Shown one piece after another: positions 57,103-64,000 of a stretch of DNA of 64,000 nt. The DNA comes from Dehalococcoidia bacterium (GTDB lineage: Bacteria; Chloroflexota; Dehalococcoidia; Bin125), in contig OY820591.1 of assembly GCA_963555985.3 (NCBI GenBank), positions 2,496,001-2,560,000 of the forward strand, in the 5' to 3' direction. Each line of letters begins with the position of its first letter. Position 1 is the stretch's first letter. A model generated the notes under the pieces. It saw only the letters and a list, made by a program, of their open reading frames with translations, made no database searches and was not told the origin of the DNA. Position numbers and translations under genes: made by a program.

Positions 57103-58079
57103 GTGTCGGAAACCTCGAATCCATCCAACGCGCCGGGGTCGCCGCCGAGGGCGGTCACCATCGTACGCACATTTTCGACCATCATTGCGACCAGCGTGTT
57201 GTTGTCGTCTCCGGGTTCGCCGGGCAGATCGTCGTCGCGGAGCGTGGAGACCTGCACCGCCCCGGCTTCCTCAGCGATCGTTTGCAGGACTTCGCTGGGA
57301 AAGACCTCGGAGCCGAAGATCGCGGGCACACCCGCTTCGCGGACTTGAACAATCAGTTCCCTGAGCTCGCGCGGCGATGGCTCCGAGAAGTCGGAGGGCT
57401 GGATCGCGCCGATCACTTCGAGTCCGTAGCGCGGGGCGAAGTAGGGGAAGGAGTCGTGATAGGTGAGCAGCTTGCGGTGAGCGGGCGGGATCGTGGCGGT
57501 CGCTTCGGCGATTGCTTCGTCCAAGGCCCAGAGGCGCTCGGCGAGGCGCTCGCTATTGGCGCGGTAGTAGTTCGCGGCATCGGGATCGAGCTCGATCAGG
57601 GCGTCGCGGACCAGTTCTGCGTACTTCACGGCCAAATGCGGCGCAGTCCAGAGGTGCGGATTGGGACTGCCGCCGGAGCGGGGAAAGGAGAAGTCGTAGA
57701 CGTACTCGTCGGGCGTGACGGCTTGATCGGCGAGCAGGAGGATGGGCGCGTCTTCGGCACGGTTGGCCTCGGCGAGTTCGAGCGTGGGCAGTTCCAGGTT
57801 GAGACCATTGATGACGATCAGGTCGGCGCGTTCGATCTCACCCGCAGCCGACGGCGGCGGATCGAAAGTGTGGCTGTTCACGCCTTCGGGTACCAGTCCG
57901 ATGACTGAGACGCGGTCGCCGCCGACGTTCTCGACGATGTTGCGCAGCGGGGCGACGGTGGTGACGACCATGAGGCGGTCGTCGTCCTGCTGAGCGGGCG
58001 TGTCCCCGTCTTCGCTACAAGCTATGAGCAGCAACCCGAACAGGACGGCGGCGATCAACGCGACCGCAGGCAGGCGCAT
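57078..58079 (-). CDS. Zn/Mn cluster A-I substrate-binding lipoprotein
   Basis: LIAC lipobox, NSHTF, NPHLW and YHDSF metal ligands. Confidence 0.93.
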   Translation of the reverse strand: MRLPAVALIAAVLFGLLLIACSEDGDTPAQQDDDRLMVVTTVAPLRNIVENVGGDRVSVIGLVPEGVNSHTFDPPPSAAGEIERADLIVINGLNLELPTLELAEANRAEDAPILLLADQAVTPDEYVYDFSFPRSGGSPNPHLWTAPHLAVKYAELVRDALIELDPDAANYYRANSERLAERLWALDEAIAEATATIPPAHRKLLTYHDSFPYFAPRYGLEVIGAIQPSDFSEPSPRELRELIVQVREAGVPAIFGSEVFPSEVLQTIAEEAGAVQVSTLRDDDLPGEPGDDNNTLVAMMVENVRTMVTALGGDPGALDGFEVSDTWQPSNPS

Positions 58080-58126
58080 GATTGACTCGCTTCCTGAGCA
58101 GGGAGGTTATCTGGGTTGGGTTGGTA

Positions 58127-58142
58127 TTGCAATCAATTGCAA
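58127..58142. promoter_or_regulatory. Candidate metal-responsive repressor operator
   Basis: TTGCAAT-CA-ATTGCAA (7-2-7 palindrome) ~47 bp upstream of the metal SBP start; the regulator identity is unknown. Confidence 0.55.
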
Positions 58143-58266
58143 GAAGCGGGCAGCTTTCGTTGCAGGCGGATGGGTCGGCGTGCTGGGCTCGCTCTATTCC
58201 CTGCTTTCGCGGGGACAGGCAACTTCGTGACATCTCCTCCCGCAGTGCGGAGGCCCCAGGCGACTC

Positions 58267-59190
58267 CTAGACAAGCCCGGGGCGAATTTGGTTGCGCGGG
58301 AAGCCGCCAGCGGCGAGAGTCTTGGGCCAGACCTCGAAGAGAGTGTCGATGTCGATCAGAGGCTCGTCGAAGTGGAGGTGGCGCTCGAGCACCGGCTCGG
58401 AGAAGAGGGAGATGCGGTGGCCGCTGGCTCCGAAGACGCGGCCGTTGGCCTCGTCGCTCTGGTCGGAGGCGAGCCAGGCGACGATCGGGGCGACGTTCTT
58501 GGGGTCGCGGGCGGTTCCGGCGGCGGACTCGCTGGGTGCCGGGCCTTCCTGAGCGACTCCGCGTCCGCGGTCGGTCATGCGGGTGGAGGCGCCGGGAGCG
58601 ATGCAGTTGGTGGTGACGCCGTAGCGCGAGAGCGCGCCCACGTTGGAGCGCATCAGGCCGAGCTTGGCGGCGTGGGCGGCGGAGTAGTTGGGCTGGCCGG
58701 CGGCGCCGCGAATACCGGCGTCGGAGGTGAAGTAGACGATCCGGCGGTGCTGGCCCTCGCGGTTGGCGCGCCAGTAGATCGAGGCGAACTTGGTCGGCGC
58801 GAAGCAGCCCTTGAGGTGAGCGCGGACGAGGCCGTCCCACTCGTCTTCGGTCATGTTGAAGATCATGCGCTCGCGCAGGATGCCGTGAGCGCAGACCAAC
58901 ACGTCGAGACCACCGAACGAGTCGAGCGCGGTCTGGATCATGTTTTCGGCGGTGTCCATATCGGCGACATCGCCGACGAAGGGAACAGCTTCGCCGCCGG
59001 CGTCGCGGATTTCGTCGACAATCGCTTCGACTTTGGAGGCGTCCATCCCGAAGCGGCCCTCAACGTCGAAGCCGGTGTCGGCGACGACGACTTTGGCTCC
59101 CTGTTCACCGAAGACGCGGCAGAGGTTGGAGCCGATGCCGCCGGCTCCGCCGGTGATGATGCAGATACGGCCTTCGAGGTGCTTGGCCAT
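58267..59190 (-). CDS. SDR family oxidoreductase (atypical active site)
   Basis: TGGAGGIG, LDVLVCAHGILR and GQPNYSAAHAAK motifs. Confidence 0.92.
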   Translation of the reverse strand: MAKHLEGRICIITGGAGGIGSNLCRVFGEQGAKVVVADTGFDVEGRFGMDASKVEAIVDEIRDAGGEAVPFVGDVADMDTAENMIQTALDSFGGLDVLVCAHGILRERMIFNMTEDEWDGLVRAHLKGCFAPTKFASIYWRANREGQHRRIVYFTSDAGIRGAAGQPNYSAAHAAKLGLMRSNVGALSRYGVTTNCIAPGASTRMTDRGRGVAQEGPAPSESAAGTARDPKNVAPIVAWLASDQSDEANGRVFGASGHRISLFSEPVLERHLHFDEPLIDIDTLFEVWPKTLAAGGFPRNQIRPGLV

Positions 59191-59251
59191 GATGGTGCTC
59201 CTAGCGTTTCGTCTGTGTGTTTCGGAATGTCCCCACTGCCTTCCCGGCCCT

Positions 59252-59347
59252 CGTCATTGCCGCGCTCCGTCGCGGCAATCCGCCGTGTGCGGCACCAACG
59301 CTTGTACCTGACTCGGCGAGATACCCGCGGTAAGCGCGGGTATGACG
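59252..59347. repeat. Family C REP doublet
   Basis: Homologous to 17318-17414, including the spacer ending GACTCGGCGAGATACCCGCGG. Confidence 0.85.
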
Positions 59348-59404
59348 AAGCAGTGGGTGCGTGGATGACGGCGCTGCATTGGCTTCCAGAGGGGAGGGAA
59401 CGGC

Positions 59405-60319
59405 TTAGGGGAACTGGCGCGGCGGCGGGCCCATGCCTTGCAGGGAGAGCGTTTGCGGGATCAGCTCGAACAGGGTGTCGATGTCCCAGTAGGGTTCGAC
59501 GTTCCAGATCGTCTGCTCCCACTCCATCTCTTTCCAGATCGTGATCTTGCCGCCGGTGGTGCCGACCACGCGGCCGCTGATCTCGGCGCCGGCGTCGGAG
59601 GCGAGGAAGGTCACGGCCGAGGTGACATTGGCCGGGTCCATCATCGTGCCCGCTGCCGAGAGGCTGGGCGCGTCGCCGCTCTGGTCGACCTCGCGGCCGC
59701 GGTCGGTCATGCGCGTGGACGCGCCGGGGGAGATGCAGTTGCTGGTCACGCCGTAGCGTTCGAGCGCGTCGGCGTTGGAGAGCGAGAGGCCGATCTTGCC
59801 GGCGTGAGCGGCGGAGTAGTTGGGCTGCCCCGCCTCGCCGCGCACGCCGGCGGAGGAGGTGAAGTAGATGATCCGGCGGTTGCCCTTGTCGCGGTTGGCG
59901 CGCCAGTGGATGGAGGCGAACTTAGTTGGCGCGAAGCAGCCCTTGAGATGGATCCGAACGAGTTCGTCCCATTCCTCCTCGGTCATGTTGAAGACCATGC
60001 GCTCGCGCAGGATGCCGTGCGCGCAGACGAGGATGTCGAGGTCGCCGTAGGTCTCGATCGCGGTTTGGACGGCGCGTTCGGCAGTGTCCATATCGGCGAT
60101 GTCGCCGGCGATCCCGGTCGCCTGTCCGCCGGCGGCGGTGATGCCGTCAACCACTGCGTCCACCTTGGACGGGTCCATCCCGGCCCGCCCCTCGACATCG
60201 AAGCCGGTATCGCAGACGACGACCGCTGCGCCCTGTTCGGCGAAGACGCGGCAGATCTGCGAACCCATGCCGCCGGCGCCGCCGGTCACTAGCGCCACTT
60301 TGCCGTCGAGATGTCCCAT
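59405..60319 (-). CDS. SDR family oxidoreductase, tandem paralog of 58267-59190
   Basis: TGGAGGMG, LDILVCAHGILR and GQPNYSAAHAGK motifs. Confidence 0.92.
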   Translation of the reverse strand: MGHLDGKVALVTGGAGGMGSQICRVFAEQGAAVVVCDTGFDVEGRAGMDPSKVDAVVDGITAAGGQATGIAGDIADMDTAERAVQTAIETYGDLDILVCAHGILRERMVFNMTEEEWDELVRIHLKGCFAPTKFASIHWRANRDKGNRRIIYFTSSAGVRGEAGQPNYSAAHAGKIGLSLSNADALERYGVTSNCISPGASTRMTDRGREVDQSGDAPSLSAAGTMMDPANVTSAVTFLASDAGAEISGRVVGTTGGKITIWKEMEWEQTIWNVEPYWDIDTLFELIPQTLSLQGMGPPPRQFP

Positions 60320-60384
60320 GCTGCGCTCCCGTCATTGAGAGATTGAGATTCGAGAGTGAGGCTAGGCCTCGGCGGCGGAATGGG

Positions 60385-60825
60385 TCAATCGATTGGCGGC
60401 TGGACGGTGAAACCGAGGGCGTCAGCAGCTTCAGCCTGTCGGCGGTCCCAAGTGACGAAGGTCAGTGAGTCAACCGAATCAATCCCCAGAGCGCTGGCGA
60501 CCTGCACTGCATCAGCACCGGAGAGGGGAAATTGCGACAAGAGCTCTGCGCCAGCCAGGATATATGCGTCGTCCACCGATACTGTTTCGAACCTGGACCA
60601 GACGAAGCGAAGTCTTGCGAGGGCTTCACTCAACTCCTGCTCATCGATCTCGTGATTGCGAAACCGACGCGCAAGTGCAGAGTGAGCTTCAACGTAGGAC
60701 AGCATGCTGGTAATCACCAAGTCGTCGCCGGTGTAGATCGAGAGAGCGAGGTCCGCACCGTCCTCATCCCGAAGCACCAACTTGACGAGGGCGCTGGTGT
60801 CGAAGTAGCTCCCTGATTGTGTCAT
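60385..60825 (-). CDS. vapC: VapC PIN-domain toxin
   Basis: YFDTSALVKL, YVEAHSAL, LSGADAVQVASA and FVTWDRRQ..AA..LG motifs. Confidence 0.92.
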   Translation of the reverse strand: MTQSGSYFDTSALVKLVLRDEDGADLALSIYTGDDLVITSMLSYVEAHSALARRFRNHEIDEQELSEALARLRFVWSRFETVSVDDAYILAGAELLSQFPLSGADAVQVASALGIDSVDSLTFVTWDRRQAEAADALGFTVQPPID

Positions 60826-61118
60826 TCACAGCGTTCGCAGCGACACCGACCGAGGGCGCACATGAGTTCTTCATTCGTCATTGGCTTCCCGAGCGGCTTC
60901 CAGCTGCGGATGATTTCGGCAAGTTCTGCCCGATCCCGAGCTCCTCGATAAGGGGGATCGACCAGGCCACGGTTGTACATCTCTTCCCAGACCGGATCCG
61001 GCTCCTCGTCGCCCCAGTCGAGCGGTGGGCGGGGCAACTTGATCGGTTCGCCCCTCGCTGGCTGGCGGATCACTTCCGATGCTGCCTCGTCGCGGTCCAT
61101 TACACGCTCCCACGCCAT
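60822..61118 (-). CDS. Putative antitoxin (degenerate Phd-like N-terminus, Cys-rich tail)
   Basis: Small acidic ORF with an ATGA overlap on vapC; TACACT -10 six nt before its ATG. Confidence 0.72.
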   Translation of the reverse strand: MAWERVMDRDEAASEVIRQPARGEPIKLPRPPLDWGDEEPDPVWEEMYNRGLVDPPYRGARDRAELAEIIRSWKPLGKPMTNEELMCALGRCRCERCE

Positions 61119-61148
61119 GCGGTCAGTGTACCGAAGTCGAAGTACGGA

Positions 61149-61853
61149 TCATTCAGGCACAGCCAAGCGATCAGCATACGACTGCGCATAGAGGCTCCAA
61201 CTCGCGGCATAGACCGACAGACCCAACTTACGCGCCACGGCCAGCGAGGCCAGATTCTCCCAGCTCGTGCTGTACAACGGGATCCGCCCGGATGCCCGCA
61301 CCGCTGCGGCCTAGGCAGCTGTCACCCGCGCGGCCAGGCCCTGCCCGCGATACGGCTCCGCCGTCTCTAGGCTCGCTTCCGCTGCCTCATCTGTGCGCCT
61401 CGCGCAGCCGCAGAGACTCACTGCTTGACTGTCCACCAGAATCGCGGCCATCGGCGTGCGACCGGGCATCTCCTCCGACGTCCAGCCGCCAAAGTGACAC
61501 GCCAGCAGCGACGCATCGTCGATCAGCCCGACGTCGCTCGGCGCATCGATCTGATCGGGGAACTCCAGCGCCGGACCTGAAACGAGCTCGCCGCCTAACA
61601 GATCGCGATAGCGCTCGGCGAAGCGTGGCGGCTCACGCCAGTCTTCCAGCCGTCGCTCCTGCGCCGCCAGCTCGTCTATCTCTTCTGCAAGATTGGGGGC
61701 GACCCGTGCGCCGACCGCCCAGACCACCTCGCTTCGTCCGCGAATCAGCGTGAACGACGGCCCTGTTGCCGGCTGCGGCTCTCGGGTCGAAACGATTCGT
61801 CCCGCCCGATCGAAGCAATACAGCGTGCGCAGATGCAACGAAGGACTGCTCAC
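61149..61853 (-). pseudogene. GNAT acetyltransferase interrupted by an in-frame TAG at 61311-61313
   Basis: The frame continues after YRGQGLAARVTAA* as AAAVRASGRIPLYSTSWENLASLAVARKLG...; TGG (Trp) is expected at the stop. Confidence 0.85.
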
Positions 61854-63322
61854 GCCTGGCCGAGCCAGCCTGGATCGAGCAATCGGCGCACTGTTTCGAC
61901 TGCCTCCGTCTTGTCGTAGCGGAGGTAGGACTGGGACTTGGAGACTTGCTGGTCTCCGAAGAAGAAGCGCTCGTAGAGTTCCTGGCGACCCGCGAACGAC
62001 GTACCCACCACATCCCAGGCGAGCCGGAAGAGCGGCACCTTGTCGATGTCTTCCTCGATCATGTCGGCGGCGCCCTTGAAATAGCGCTCAACCGCTGGCC
62101 CGACCGCCTCGGTGATCGCTGCCATGTTGGCCTGCGAGGGCGCGGCCATGAAGTTGCTGCCGCCGATCTGCTTGATGTGGTCGATGATCTGCACGTAGTA
62201 CTCGGGGAAGAGCCGCAGTCCGGCAGTGATCGCGTTGGCGTTGCAGTACCAGACGCCGTTGTCGGGATTCTCGACTGCGCCTTCGACTGCGGCGATCGCG
62301 ATCGACTCCAGGGTCTGGAGCATCGTCACGATCTCGCCGAGGCGAATCTGGACGTTGATGAACGAGTTGGTCTGCGCGTTCTCGGCGATCAGGTGCGCCA
62401 GCCCCAACAGGAAGCGGGTCTTGGCGACATTCTTGACGATCACGTGGTGACCCAGCGATTCCTGGAAGCGCATGGCCATGAGCACACTGTTATGGATCCG
62501 TTCGTCCTCGAAGTCGAACACGTTCTCCCAGGGGACTTCTACATCGTCGAAGACGGCGACAGTGTCGATCTCCTCGAAGCGGCTGGAGATCGGGTAGTCG
62601 CGGGTGGAGCGGGCCGGATCGAACGAGTCGCGGCAGACCCAGTGCAAACCCGGTGCGTCGACTGGAATGGTGAAGCCGAGCGCGTACTTGAGCTCGGTTT
62701 CGCCCTTAATGATCGGCAGACCGAAGGAGACGTTCTCGTCGGAGAAGGGGGCGAGCGTGCCCAGCACCCGTGATCCGCGCACGATCACGCCGTCGGCGGT
62801 GCGCTTGACGATGCCCGCGTTGAGGTAGGGTTCCTGCTCGCCCAGTGGCGTCTTGCGGTCGATCTGGGGCGTGACGAAGGTGTGGGTGAGGCAAACGTCG
62901 TTGCGGCGGCAGTGGTCGAGGATGGCGACGGTGTGCTCGCCCAGCTCGGGGTCTTGCTGTCCCCAATGATGCGCAGCGGCGGCGACGCCGACCATGGCAG
63001 CGTTCATGTAATCGGGCGCGCGTCCCAGTTGTCCGCCGGTGTGTTCGGCCCAGGCGGCGAAGGCGGCGCCTCGCTCGCGCAGATCCTGCTTGGAGCGGGG
63101 CACCTTAAACGAGAGATGCGAGCGCTCGCCGTCTTCGTCTTCGTAGGAGATCAGATCGCGGACGGCGGGATCGCACTGGAAGTCGTAGTAGCCGGCGATC
63201 GTGCGGGCGGCGTTGGCGAAGCCGGGCGCGCTGCTGACGTCGTCGACCAGCGCGCCGTTGTGCCAGATACGGCGGTTATCCTGCAGCCCGGCCAGATAGG
63301 CCGCGCCGTCGCGCATCGCCAT
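61850..63322 (-). CDS. HpaB-like flavin-dependent aromatic monooxygenase, oxygenase component
   Basis: GRAPDYMN, THTFVTPQIDR, DYPISSRFEE.D, FDDVEVPWENVF and FAGRQELYERFFFGD motifs. Confidence 0.93.
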   Translation of the reverse strand: MAMRDGAAYLAGLQDNRRIWHNGALVDDVSSAPGFANAARTIAGYYDFQCDPAVRDLISYEDEDGERSHLSFKVPRSKQDLRERGAAFAAWAEHTGGQLGRAPDYMNAAMVGVAAAAHHWGQQDPELGEHTVAILDHCRRNDVCLTHTFVTPQIDRKTPLGEQEPYLNAGIVKRTADGVIVRGSRVLGTLAPFSDENVSFGLPIIKGETELKYALGFTIPVDAPGLHWVCRDSFDPARSTRDYPISSRFEEIDTVAVFDDVEVPWENVFDFEDERIHNSVLMAMRFQESLGHHVIVKNVAKTRFLLGLAHLIAENAQTNSFINVQIRLGEIVTMLQTLESIAIAAVEGAVENPDNGVWYCNANAITAGLRLFPEYYVQIIDHIKQIGGSNFMAAPSQANMAAITEAVGPAVERYFKGAADMIEEDIDKVPLFRLAWDVVGTSFAGRQELYERFFFGDQQVSKSQSYLRYDKTEAVETVRRLLDPGWLGQA

Positions 63323-63334
63323 TGGACGATGCCT

Positions 63335-63898
63335 CTAGTCGCCGGAGCCGGGGGCGGCGAAGACGGGGGTAGGCTCGTCGACCAGTGCGGCCTCGCCCTC
63401 GGTGGGCAGAACTTCGGCGTAGTTGAGCGCGCCGTTGATGTCGGCTTCCCAGTCCTCGCGCGGGAGTTCGTAGAGCACCTCAATGCCGTGACCGTCGGGA
63501 TCGTTGATGTAGACCGAGTGGGTCATGCCGTGGTTGATGCGCAGGTTGAACTTGACGCCCTTGGCCTGGAGGAAGGCGATCTGCTTGAGCCAGGAGTCGC
63601 GGTCGGGATAGTGGACGGCGAGATGGTTGAGGCCGGGCCGCCTGGGAGCCATCGACCAGTCGCCGGATTCTTCCGATTCGCCCATGATCTCGGCGAGGGC
63701 AAGGTCGTGGTGGCTCTCGGAGAGTCCGTTGTAGAAGCGCATCTTCATCGGGCGCTCCTCGCGGTCCTTGAGCGAGCCGATGTGGCGGAAGCCCATCACC
63801 TCGGTCCAGAAATCGTGGGCGACTTCGATGTCGCGCACGTTCAAGACCAGGTGATTGACGCCGACGGGGGTCATTGCGCGGTCGGGAGCGTCGGTCAT
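63335..63898 (-). CDS. VOC (glyoxalase/extradiol dioxygenase) family protein
   Basis: NHLVLNVRD, HHDLAL, GLNHLA and HGMTHSVY.NDPDGHGIE motifs. Confidence 0.9.
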   Translation of the reverse strand: MTDAPDRAMTPVGVNHLVLNVRDIEVAHDFWTEVMGFRHIGSLKDREERPMKMRFYNGLSESHHDLALAEIMGESEESGDWSMAPRRPGLNHLAVHYPDRDSWLKQIAFLQAKGVKFNLRINHGMTHSVYINDPDGHGIEVLYELPREDWEADINGALNYAEVLPTEGEAALVDEPTPVFAAPGSGD

Positions 63899-64000
63899 AG
63901 TTCCAACCCTTCAGCCAGTCTGAGTCGATGGCTGTCAGTGTACCGATTGGGTTGGCGGTGCGGGGATCGGGAAGAATTTCGCGGGCTTGGGGCGGATCTT

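Noticed and set aside
61311-61313. Pyrrolysine or genome-wide amber recoding
   Set aside because: TAG is the evident terminator of many intact genes here (ileS, the hydrolase, mcl, livF), and the site corresponds to an expected Trp.

Overview
64 kb of GC-rich bacterial chromosome with high coding density. Several features suggest a Chloroflexota (Dehalococcoidia-like) heterotroph: four luciferase-like monooxygenases, crotonase and SDR paralogs, many lipoprotein solute-binding proteins (SBPs) with Gln/Ala-rich linkers, and a Chloroflexus-type malyl-CoA lyase. This placement is inferred, not proven. Housekeeping and metal genes: ileS (5' truncated), proB, gpmA, a HIT protein, a complete sufR-C-B-D-ferredoxin-S-U-T operon preceded by an hmuTUV-like ABC transporter, a Zn/Mn ABC transporter and a CtpE-like P-type ATPase. 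Transport and catabolism: a LIV-type ABC transporter facing four tandem SBP genes (five domains), plus ASST, HpaB-like and VOC enzymes. There is also a VapBC pair and a GNAT gene with a nonsense codon. No rRNA, tRNA, CRISPR array, transposase or prophage was seen. The most striking unexplained structure is intergenic: two REP-like hairpin families repeatedly interrupted at their loops by short IS-like terminal inverted repeats (GAGRCCNNTGCAAAA). These build nested non-autonomous elements, one with a CAATAG target duplication, and carry a conserved ~90-bp core found three times. Other leads: two SDRs with a rewired YxxxHxxK active site, an unnamed ~55-aa N-terminal domain on two unrelated SBP folds, an ATA-initiated livH, 10-bp-phased repeat arrays, and a DegV/Adc-like pair lacking canonical functional residues.
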